Origin: Chiloscyllium plagiosum | Taxonomy: Eukaryota | Assembly: GCF_004010195.1 (NCBI RefSeq) | Contig: NC_057728.1 | Span: 47,588,166-47,652,165 of the forward strand | DNA length: 64,000 nt | Direction: 5' to 3' | Shown: positions 12,375 through 22,990 of the stretch, in pieces | Numbering within the stretch: position 1 is the first letter of the stretch | Layout of the letters: each line of letters opens with the position of its first letter | The notes under the pieces: generated by a model | The model's input: the letters and a program-made list of their open reading frames with translations, nothing else | What the model was told of the DNA's origin: nothing | The model's database searches: none | Program-made: the position numbers and the translations under genes

Positions 12375-13165
12375 CACCCCTGGTGCTCACCTTCCACCCT
12401 ACCACGTCTCTGGTGCTCTTCTCCCACCCTACCAACCTTCGCAGAAACCAAATCATCCGCTGACATTTCCGCCACCTCCAAAAAGACCCCGTCACCAGGG
12501 ATATATTTCCCTCCCCACCCCTTTTCCGCCTTCCGCAAAGACCGTTCCTTCCGTAACTACCTGGTCAGGTCCACGCCCCCTACAATCCACCCTCCCTCCC
12601 CTGCCACCGCAGGAATTGCAAAACCTGCAGCCATACCTCCTCCCTCACCTCCATCCAAGGCCCTAAAGGAGCCTTCCACATCTATCAAAGTTTTACCTGC
12701 ACATCCACAAATATCATTTATTGTATCCATTGCTCCCGATGCGGTCTCTTCTATATTGGGGACACTGAATGGAGGAAGAACGCCTCATCTTCCACCTCGG
12801 AACATTTCAACCCCAGGGCATCAATGTGGACTTCAACAGCTTCCTCATTTCCCCTTCCCCCACCTCACCCTAGTTCCAAACTTCCAGCTCAGCACTTGTC
12901 CGGACTTGTTCTACCTGCCTATCTCCTTTTGCACCTATCCACTCCACCCTCTCCTCCCTGACCTATCATCTTCATCCCCTCCCCCACTCACCCATTATAC
13001 TCTATGCTACTTTCTCCCCACCCCCACCCTCCTCTAGCTTATCTCTCTACGCTTCAGGCTCTCTGCCTTTATTCCTGATGAAGGGCTTTTGCCCGAAACG
13101 TCGATTTCGCTGCTCTTTGGATGCTGCCAGAACTGCTGTGCTCTTCCAGCACCACTAATCCAGAA
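12375..13165 (+). mobile_element. Neptune-type Penelope-like element 3' part in ZFC3H1 intron 1
   Basis: Encodes SAFRKDRSFRNYLVRSTPP, a Cys linker and a decayed GIY-YIG region; terminal repeat contains a hammerhead. Confidence 0.8.
13071..13107 (+). ncRNA. Minimal type I hammerhead ribozyme motif (PLE-associated), intact core
   Basis: CTGATGA(13075-81)-A-GGGC-TTTT-GCCC-GAAA(13095-98)-CGTC. Predicted cleavage after GUC at 13102; palindromic ACGT stem III. Confidence 0.7.
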
Positions 13166-14569
13166 TGCAATTTGTGGACAAGTTTTAGGTTGAAACCCTA
13201 AGTGGAGGTCATAAAGATTGCTTGGTTTGACTGGAGAGCTCTTTGGTTCAGTTGTGAAATAGCTATACTAATGTGTGTACAAATACTGTATGCAAGAAAA
13301 GTACACATTTTTTTCTAGCTAGCAGGTGTGATGTAACAATATTAGTTCATTCCACTGCAGGGTGATGCCTTTGCCTTCGTTACTTTGAAATGTAGGATTT
13401 TTTTTTCTTGGCTTTATTGAGACCTGTTTGGATAGGTTGACAAATGTCTAAGTAGAATTTTTGTGTGGCTATTTTAACACTTGTTTAAACTGCAATCAGG
13501 ATTAATATCGCACTTAAAATTCTATTAGCTGAATATACCGTATGCTTGTTTGTGTAGTCTGTTAGTGACAGTTTGTGTTAATTTAATTTCTTGGAAAACT
13601 ATTCTTTCCATCAAACTGTAATTCAAATAGTCTAGTCACAACTTTGTCTAAAATTTCCCTGAATTACATAGAATCGCTATAATTGTAGGGGTCACGGACT
13701 AGTGTAAAGCAAAGTTACCAAGGTCAGACTCTGAATGGGGTAACATATTTAACATCTGAAAAGCTATCAATTCAAATTGATTGCCCCATTTTTTTCAACT
13801 TTTTCTTGCAGTATCTACAGTGGTCACTATTTTGTAGTATCTCAAGGATAATAGAAATGTACTTTGCTGTATTATGCAGAACTTGCCACAAATTCTGGTT
13901 GAGACATTGAATGCTGAACCAACCAGCCCAATTTTGTAATGATTGAATGATGGTTGTCACATACAGTGATGTGTTGTTTTGTGTGATATGCATGTGGATC
14001 ATACCATGCAAAGTGTCTCAGTAACAGAAGATAATTCAGAATAGTGTTACAGCCACAGAGAATGATCAGAATTAACATTTGAAATTTGTTCAAAAGTTCA
14101 TGTATTCAAACCAATGGAAGAGAGTATTATGGTTTAAGTGGCAATGTTTACCCAAGTAACACTATTCAACAAATTAGTCATCATGTTAATTCTGAGCATG
14201 GAGATGTTGCTTAAACTGTTTTAGGGACAGTCTTGGTGAAACAGTGCCAGGTTTCTAAGAAGTTTGACAGAATACTGGCAGAAATCACTTGTCATAATTT
14301 CCAAGTAATTAAACAGATTCTTTGTGATATACTTTGTCTTGCTCATATGTTGAATAGCTGTGGAATAATATTAGCTTTTAAAAGATTTATGTTGTGATGC
14401 TGTTTGGCCGTGAGTTACTGCTTGCTTTGTAGGTGTGAATAGGTATCTTTGGAGGTTTTGTTCGTTCACTAAAATCTTGCAGTACTAGATTGTAAATAAC
14501 TATGAACAGGATTTTCATGCTATTACAATACGTGATGTTTGACTGTAACTGGATGTTACTGTTTGGAAA

Positions 14570-15800
14570 TGTATACACAAAGGGATCTCTGGGTGTCCTT
14601 ATTCATCAATGAAATCAAACAGGTGGATGCAGCAAGCAAGTAGGAAGGAAAGTGACAGGTTGACTGTGATCATGTGATGGTTTGATTTCATAAGTAGGAA
14701 TGTCTTACTGCAACAGGGACTTGGCGAGACTGCACTTAGAGTATTAAGCATAGTTTTGGCTTTTCTATGTAAGAAAGGATATACTAAGAATGCTGCACAG
14801 GTTCATTAGACTGATACTGTGTGTGGCAGAAGTGTTTGAGGGCAGATTGGTTGATTTGAGGACAGAGTGGCAGATGGAGTTTAATTTCGATAAATCCAAG
14901 CAGGGCGTATACACCTTAATGGTAAGGTCCTGGGGAGTGTTGCTGAACAAAGAGATCTTGGAGTGCAAGTTCATAGTTCCTTGCAAGTGTCACGGGAGAG
15001 AGGATAGTGAGGAAGTCATTTGCTATGCTGTCCATTATTGGAGTTGGGAGGTCACATTGTGGCTGTACTTTGGTTTGGCCACTTTTGGAATATTGCATGC
15101 AATTCTGGTCCCTCCTGGCGGAACGATGTTGTGAAACTTGAAAGGGTTCAGAAAGTATTTACCAGGATGTTGGGAGGGTTGGAAGATTTGAGTTATAGGG
15201 AGGGCTGTTTTCCCTGGAGTGTCGGAGGCAGAGGGGTGACATTATGTAGAGATTTATAAGGTCATGAGCATGGATAGACTAGTCTTTACCCTTGGAGTCC
15301 AGAGCTAGAGGGCATAGATTTAGAGTGATATAAATGGGACCTATGTGGCAACTTTGAGAGGGTGGTGCGTGAAGGGAATGAGCTGCCAGAGGAAGTGGTG
15401 GAAGGCTAGTACAATTACAGCATTCAAAAGGCATCTGGATGGGTATAGGAATAGGAAGTGTTTAGAGGCATATCGGCCAAATGGGACTAGATTAGGTTAG
15501 GATATCTGGTTGCCATAGGCGAGTGGACCAAAGGGTCTGTTTCCATGCTCTACATCTCTATGACTGGGCCTGTATTCACTAGAGTTCAGAAGATTGAGGT
15601 GGGATCTGATTGAAGCATAAATTCAAAAAGGCTCAACAAATTACATGGAAAGAATAATATTTTTTCTGCTTGGAATGTCTAGAACCCGAGGTCACAATCT
15701 CAGGATAACAGGCCATTTCCTGGGAATTAAGTGCCACAGAAAGTTATGGAGGTCAAGTAAGCGTATTCAATAATGCAATTTGATACACTTTTTGATGACT
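14570..15800 (+). mobile_element. Nested CR1-type LINE fragments
   Basis: TEWQMEFNFDK and VVKLERVQKVFTRMLGGLEDLSYRE in a copy at ~14858-15565 that interrupts an older CR1, which resumes at ctgggcctgtattcactagag. Confidence 0.7.
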
Positions 15801-15859
15801 GGCGTCAGGAGATATGGAGAGAGGGAATATGATGTTGATTTAGAGGGTCCTCCAGGATC

Positions 15860-16975
15860 ATATATGGATTTCAGTAAAGTATTTGATAAGGTTCCACACA
15901 GGCTATTGCACAAAATATGAAGACATGGGATTGAGGGTGATTTAGTGGTTTGGACCAGAAATTGGCTAGCTGAAGGAAGACAGAATGTGCTAGTTGATGG
16001 GAAATAGTCATCCTGGAGTTAATAGTGATATACTACAAGGATCTGTTTTGGGTCCACTGTTTGTCATTTTTATAAATGACCTGGATGAGAGCATAGAAGG
16101 ATTGGTTAGTAAATTTGCGGATGATGCTAAGGTCAGTAGAGTTATGCATCATGACGAAGGATATTGTAAGTTATGGAGAGAAAGCTAAACAGCAGGGCTG
16201 AGAGGTGGCAAATGGAGTTTAATGTGGAAAAGTGTGAGGTGATTCACTTTGGAAGGAGTAACAGCAATGCAGAGTATTGGGCTAATGGTAAGATTCTTGG
16301 TAGTGTAGATGAGCAGAGAGATCTTGGTGTCCAGGTACAGAGATCTCTGAAAGTTGCCACCCAGTTTAATAAGGTTGTTAAGAAGGCATACGGTGTGTTA
16401 GCTTTTATTGGTAGAGGGATTGAGTTTCAGAACCATGAGATCATGCAGCTGTACAAATCTCTGGTGGGGCCACATTTGGAGAATTGCAAACTGTTCTAGT
16501 CGCTGCATTGTAGGAAGGATGTGGAAGCTTTGGAAAGGGTCCAGAGGATATTTACTATGATGTTGCCTGGTATGGCAAAGGTCCTCCGAGAAAAGGCTGA
16601 GGGACTTTAGGCTGTTTTCATTAGAGAGAAGTTTGAGAAGTGACTTAATTGTGACATATAAGATAATCAGAGGGTTAGATAGGCTGGAAAGTGAGAACTT
16701 TTGACTTCCGATGGCGATGGCTAGCACAAGGAAGCATCCCTTTAAATTGAGGGTTGATAGACATAGGTCAGATGTTGGAGGTAGCTTCTTTACTCGATGG
16801 GTAGGGACGTGGAATGGACTGCCTGCAACAGTAGTAGACTTGCCAACTTTAAGGGCATTTCAATGGTCATTGTGTAGGCATATGGACAACAAAGAAATAG
16901 TGTAGGTTATATGGGTTTCAGATTGGTTCCACCATCGAGGGCCGAAGGCTTGAACTGTGCTCTAATGTTGTGTTC
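15860..16975 (+). mobile_element. CR1-type LINE, 5'-truncated
   Basis: Encodes [17 protein letters not shown]...SKFADDAK and WQMEFNVEKCEVIHFG, with frameshifts. Confidence 0.85.
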
Positions 16976-17334
16976 GATATTGAATCGTGAAGCAGGCTCA
17001 TAGGGCTGATTTCTGCCGTTACTTCTGATCTCTGTCATCTAGACCAAAAAACTCATTCAACTGGTCTCAAACAAGAAACGTATGCATATATTAGTTTCAG
17101 GGTGTTGCTATGTACGTAGGCTATATGTCCAAAGATTGGCACTTGCCTTCAGCTTCTTGGAAGAGAATGGGCACATCTGCCACTGACAGTGTCCCATGAC
17201 CTTCCACTTAGGAAACACTCAGCACAATGTCCAATATTGGATGTAATTCTGTGATTGGGCAGCATTTGTTGAATATTTCAGTATACAAAGAAACATACTT
17301 AAAGCCAATTTAAGTTTCAGTTGGGCTTGGAGTA

Positions 17335-17495
17335 CAGAGGAACCTCGATTATCCGAACAAACTGGTCGGGGAGTATTTCGTTCGGATAATCGGATGTTTG
17401 AATAACACAGTTCAGCCAAGCATCGGGACTGTTGCGATGTTGTCAGATAATCAGAAATTTGGATAATCGGTGTTCAGATAATTGTGGTTCCTCTG
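17335..17495. mobile_element. Non-autonomous pogo/Tigger-like MITE (161 bp)
   Basis: TIRs CAGAGGAACCTCGATTATCCGAACA / TGTTCAGATAATTGTGGTTCCTCTG, with TA on both sides (17333-34, 17496-97). Confidence 0.8.
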
Positions 17496-19209
17496 TACTC
17501 AGTTTGCTTTTGAGTATTTACAGCAGCGTAATTTGCTAAGTCTAATTTTCCTGTGCAGTATGTTAAAAGTATTAAAAACTGTTTTGAATAGTTTATGGCT
17601 ATCTGCATTCTAAATTGGATGATATGGTTTCCCATTAAAACTTGTAGGCCCAAGGCTTTCAAACTCCAGTCTGATGACGTCTTTATCCCTGAAATAATCT
17701 CGAGTGTCTACGAGAAGGAAAAACGCAATCATGAAAAGAGAGCAATAACAAATGGGCAAGCTCTCCACTTGTTACAAAATCAAAATAATTTCAGTTCTCC
17801 AGAAGACATTGATGAATTCCACATCTGATGCTCCTGGAGAGGTCCCAATACTGCCTTTGCTGTGTTAGTTATCTAGGCTACCCAGCTTTCAGGCAGAGAG
17901 TATTTACTTTCAGCATGAGAGGAAGGTAGGTGGAAGCCAGCTACAGTTTGAAATTCAGGTGCATTTGCATTGTGGTGAATGTTAGACTACAATATCTGAT
18001 CTTCTGAAGTTATTTCCAGCATTTTATTCACGAGAATCAAACAAAGACGTTAATATAATCACGGAAAAACTCAGTTTAAACTTTTAAGTGTCCATGCTAT
18101 TGTACATTATAAATTTATTATTACACGATTGATTTAAATAACTGAGAAATTAGACTGAGTTTGTACTGGTGAGTAACATATTTAAGAATATTATATTCAA
18201 GTGACCTGCAAATTGGACAGAAAGAAACTCATGCTTCTGGGAATAAACATGAACCTGTTTAACATCCCTATAATGGTATTACTACTGTTGGTCCAGATTT
18301 TACGAGTAACTGCTTGCGTGAATGTGGCCTGTGAACAGGTGAAATGTGTTTGCTATTAACACGTAATCTTTATTCCTGTTGAAAGCCATTCATTCAACTT
18401 GCATTAGAATGTTAATAGAGTCAGACTTGTCCTTTATCTCTTGGTTTGTCTGGTATATCACATCATTGTCAATGTCAGGTAAATAGTTCTAAATTGTTCC
18501 TTAAATACTTGTTTAATAAATGGCATATTGAAATATCCTTTGCGCAGAGTACTTTTGTCTCAGTTATCAGACCCTCAGTGCCTCAGATATATGAAAATGG
18601 TATCTTGCATAATTAAGAGATGCTTTGGGGTTTTTCCATATGCAATGACTGCGTGAACTGCTTTAGTGAGTTTGTGTGTACATATATTTTATTAATAAAA
18701 AATCTTTGAAATAAAATGGATATTGTAGAGCATTTAGATTGGAAGTCCATTTCATCCATTTGAGAAGGCTTTCAACTTATAAAAAACAGTTTGACATTCA
18801 TTTAAGGAAAAAGAATTTCCTGTAATAATTATGAAGATGCAAGTGATGTTCTTTTCGGTTGGCTATGTATTTTAACTTGCACTACAGTGAGCATTAGCAC
18901 CAGCTTATTCCCTTCAGTCTTTAGCATGAGCAGTGTAGTCTGAATGATTATTGTATAGTGCCTCAGCTTTTTTAATTGAGTTCCTTGATTATCCCTGTCT
19001 TCTGAATGACTGCAGATTCATTACTTACCTCAGTGAGGATTTACTATTGGAAGCTTCAACTTCTGATGTCCATTCCTCCTTTTCAGTTTATGAACGTTGC
19101 TCATAATATATTGTGGAAAATTTGACACTTTGATTTTGCACATCTGAAGTTGGAGTATTTAGTTATTATGTATTGAAAGTGTTAAGTTTCCTTGACACTT
19201 TTAACTCAG

Positions 19210-19611
19210 CAAAATTTTTTGGGCGGTTCCCTTCAAGAAGACCAGCTCAGTATTGCAGAAATGAAGATGACATGGATGAAACATTTGAAGATCTTCTTAG
19301 GAAATATAAAGAGATTCAGCTGGAACTGGAATGTCTTAATAGAGAAGAAAAAATGTCTCAAACTACCAAGGGAGAAAACTTGCTGGAAGAGGACGGTAGT
19401 ATTGTGTCTGGGAATGTTAATGTTGAAACCAACAGTATTGAAAAGAACAATTTACAGCTATCCACTGAAAAACCTCAGGTGAAAGCTTTTCAGGCATTTG
19501 AACTAAAACCTCTAAGACAGAAGCTACGAGCACCAGCCCAGCTGGAACAAAGCGACCAACTAAACGACAGCCAAAAACCAGAACTATTGGAGCCTTCAAC
19601 AAATAAACCAG
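19210..19611 (+). CDS. ZFC3H1: ZFC3H1 coding exon 2
   Basis: KFFGRFPSRR...ETFEDLLRKYKEIQLELECLN...QAFELKPLRQKL; GTATGT donor; phase 1/1. Confidence 0.93.
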
Positions 19612-19688
19612 GTATGTAGAATATGAATTGTGAAAATAATGGATATACAGGTACTACAATTTATTAACTTGGTTACATTTTCTTACAG

Positions 19689-19759
19689 AGTGTGAAAATA
19701 AAGATCCAGACCATTCTAGTTCAAATAGTAAAGGGGTTTTGACAGAATCTCCTCTCAAG
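19689..19759 (+). CDS. ZFC3H1: ZFC3H1 coding exon 3
   Basis: ttttcttacag acceptor, GTAAAT donor; open frame; phase 1/0 bridges exons 2 and 4. Confidence 0.8.
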
Positions 19760-19881
19760 GTAAATGTTTGGCATATTTGTGTTTTCTAAACAAAATGGAT
19801 TCTTGTATTTGTACTGTCCAAGTTATAGTAGTTTGAAAGAATTTATGATTGTTGGGTACTTAATTTTGTAATATTTAACAG

Positions 19882-20113
19882 GACGAAATCAAAGCGGACG
19901 ATGATGATGTCGAGGAGGAGAGGGAAGAGGAGGAAGAATTGTCAGAACTCCAGTTACGCCTTCTTGCATTGCAGTCTGCTAGTAAAAAATGGCAACAAAA
20001 GGAACAATGTGTAATGAAAGAGAGCAAAGAGAAGCTTACTAAGCCAAAGGTGTCTCAGCAGAAAGTCCGAAGTAGCCCTAAAACCCGTGTGCTGAAGAAG
20101 CCACTTAATACAG
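19882..20113 (+). CDS. ZFC3H1: ZFC3H1 coding exon 4
   Basis: EEELSELQLRLLALQSASKKWQQKEQ; AG/GT boundaries; phase 0/1. Confidence 0.92.
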
Positions 20114-22479
20114 GTAACACCAGAGTTTGGTAAATTTTGGATTAACACAGGTTACTCTGTAATATTTCAGTCTGGAGGGGACAAAGGAATACAGGGAAAG
20201 TTTTCTGAAGTATATCAGTTAAGTCACATGTCCATGTGGGTAACATTAGAGGTAAATAGGGAGGAAGGAGTATCTAAGAAGTGGTATGTGCTGGGGCTGC
20301 GATTGTGTAGATAAGTGAAGCAAAAATAGATCCACTGAGAAAGAAATGCAAATTCTTTTGAAGATTATGAAATGGTTGATTATGTCAAAGTGAACAAAAA
20401 TTCAAGGAGGTAACAAGGAAGGATTGAACATGGTGAAAGAAATTGTGACTGTGAAGCCTTGGTGGCAGGGAGAAGATTTGATTAAAGCAAATTAGAGGCA
20501 AAGATGTGGATTTGGTTGATGCTTTCTGGAGCTTTGGAGATGGGGAACCATTTTTAGGAGAGGAGAAGAGGAGGATGGATTTTTGAGAATGTGACTGATC
20601 GCAGTTTTGAAGTGGGCCGAGGGAACCAATTACAATGACCATGTGGGCACTAGGATGACAATTGGTGGTCTCTAGGAGGAGTAATGTAGGAGCAAAGATG
20701 AAATGAAGAGAGGGATAAAAGAAGCTTGAGAGTCCAGATTAGCATTGGGACAAGAATATTGGGCTCGGTAGATATTAAAAAAAAAACAGCAGAGATTGCT
20801 GAGTTTACATCTTAGAAAGTAACTTGCTTGTTGCTCATGAACCACTGCAACCTTGAACTATTGTAGTCACTATGGTATAGATACTCAAACGTGGTTGTTG
20901 GAAGTTCAAGGATGTAGGGAATATGGAAGAATGGGCAATATAGGCTTTGATTGTTCAAAAGAAATGATCATCCTGGTAAGCAAGTGTATTTTTTCATTTC
21001 ATTAAAAATGGATGTCCTGTTCAAGGTCACAATTTATTGGCTATCCATAATCATCCTTAAAGGTGTGGTGAGCCACTGCAGTCATTGTGATACAGGTACA
21101 ACAACATTGTTAAAAGTTATTGAATTTTAAGGTGGCAACAATTGAAGGTGATTGAAATCAAGATGGTGTCTGACCTGCAGGTGGTGGTGTTCCTATGAAT
21201 CTGCTGCCCTTCCTGTTCTAGATTATAGAGTTCATAGATTTGGAATGTAGTGTTGGTGAAACCTTGATGAAATGCTCTATGGCATCTTGTCAATGGTGCA
21301 CACTGCTGTCACATGTGCTGGTGATAGATGAATGTTTAGTCTGCAGGATGGTATGCCAATCAAGGGAGCTATGTTGCCCTAAATATTGACTACTTCAGTT
21401 TTGTTGGAACTGCAGTTAGTCAGCCATGTGGAGAATATTCAAACATGCTCTTGGTGCACCTTGTGGTTGTTGGAGAAGCTTTTGAAGATTATGAAATGGT
21501 GGATTTTTGAGAATGTGACTGATCGCAGTTTTGAAGTGGGCCGAGGGAACCAATTTGAAGGTGAGTTACTTGTTGCAGAATACCCAGCCTCTGACCAGCA
21601 TTCTCTAACTTGCTTATTGACTGCACAGACCTCTGGAATTCAGTGCCATGATCAGCATGCCAGCATGCGAGATCAAAGTGGTTGTGCAGCTTAGAGTGAA
21701 TGTTGCCTGTGACCCGTTCTTATAACGATAGATTTTGTGTGGCTGGTCTGTGGGGGTTTAGGTCATTAATCTTTGAATGTTAGTAATGCTGTCAAATGTC
21801 AAGAAAGTCAAGTGCTCCAATTTGTGATTGCCTGTACTTAAGTAACATTCATGCCATTTGCTAGTTAATTGCCCGATCTTAAATGTTTGTTTGCAGACCG
21901 TAAAACATCATTTGAAAGATTGCAAATAGAAGCGAATGGTGTGCAGTAATTTGGCAGGGGACAGTGAGGATCAATCGTGTTTGATATGGTTTGACCAGGT
22001 TGAGAGACCTTAGTAAACAACTTGGGTACCAGAATCAAGATCCTTTTGAAAGCAAGAAGACAAGACTTGTACCTGGAGAATGGACAGGAATAGTCAATTT
22101 TATTAAGACCATGGAAACAATGCTGATGGAGAGGGAATAGTTGATTGGCTTGACACCTTCACTACACTGTCTAGTCTAATAACGCAATTCAGATCTTTGG
22201 AAGTGCAGTTGTCAGTGACTTGGAATTTTATTTAGGGCAAAGTGTTGGTAGCAGAACTGGGATTTCAGTTTATGCTGGCAAGCAGCTCGAGGGAATTGGT
22301 AGAAGGCAGTGAAATCAAAGCAAGAGATGACTTGAATTGGGTAAACGGATGTTATTCATTCATCATTAAAAGCGGATGAATCTTTCGTGTATTTTCATTT
22401 AAACATGCATATAAGGAATTTACAAAATGGAGGCTGTATATAAACTCAATATTCTTAATGCTTTAACTATTTTGTTTAG

Positions 22480-22715
22480 CTGTTGCTACAAAGCAGGTTT
22501 TGCGAAGACAGAAAACGAGAGCATGGAAAAAATTACAGCAGCAAAAAGAACAAGAGAAGCAAAGAAAGGAAGAGGAAGAGAAGAAACAACTGGAAGAGGA
22601 AGAGCGAAAAAAGCGTGAGGAAGAAATCAGAAAAATACGTGATCTCTCCAATCAGGAGGAGCAATACAATCGTTTTATGAAACTTGTATGTGGGAAGAGA
22701 AGATCTAGTAGCAAG
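22480..22715 (+). CDS. ZFC3H1: ZFC3H1 coding exon 5
   Basis: KQVLRRQKTRAWKKLQQQKEQE...IRKIRDLSNQEEQYNRFMKLV; phase 1/0. Confidence 0.92.
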
Positions 22716-22990
22716 GTAAGACTTAATTGCTTTGTATTGTTATGCTAAGTAATGATTTAGGAAAATATTTCTTCTAATGCCAGGTTGCTGTTAATATGCT
22801 CAGTAGGTGTATTGTTTAGAATGCATATTGAGTTTTAAGCAGTTGAAGAAGAAACATTAGCCCCAGTCTTGAGTAAGCTCTCAGAACTGACTCACTTTCA
22901 TTAGAATTTGATAAATGTAAATTGCACTTTATTTGGGAAGCTAAATTCAGCTTCTGATTATTTCTAGTGAAACTAGAAATATGTTAGTCT

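Larger units (their letters stand above)
11963..19209 (+). other. ZFC3H1: U12-type (minor spliceosome) GT-AG intron 1 of ZFC3H1
   Basis: 5'SS GTATCCTTTT; branch site TTTCCTTGAC at 19187-19196, with branch A ~14 nt before the CAG at 19207-19209; no long polypyrimidine tract; phase-1 join restores the frame. Confidence 0.9.

Noticed and set aside
12264..13037. 257-aa Pro/Ser-rich ORF in intron 1
   Set aside because: Frame-hopping translation of a decayed C-rich Neptune PLE.
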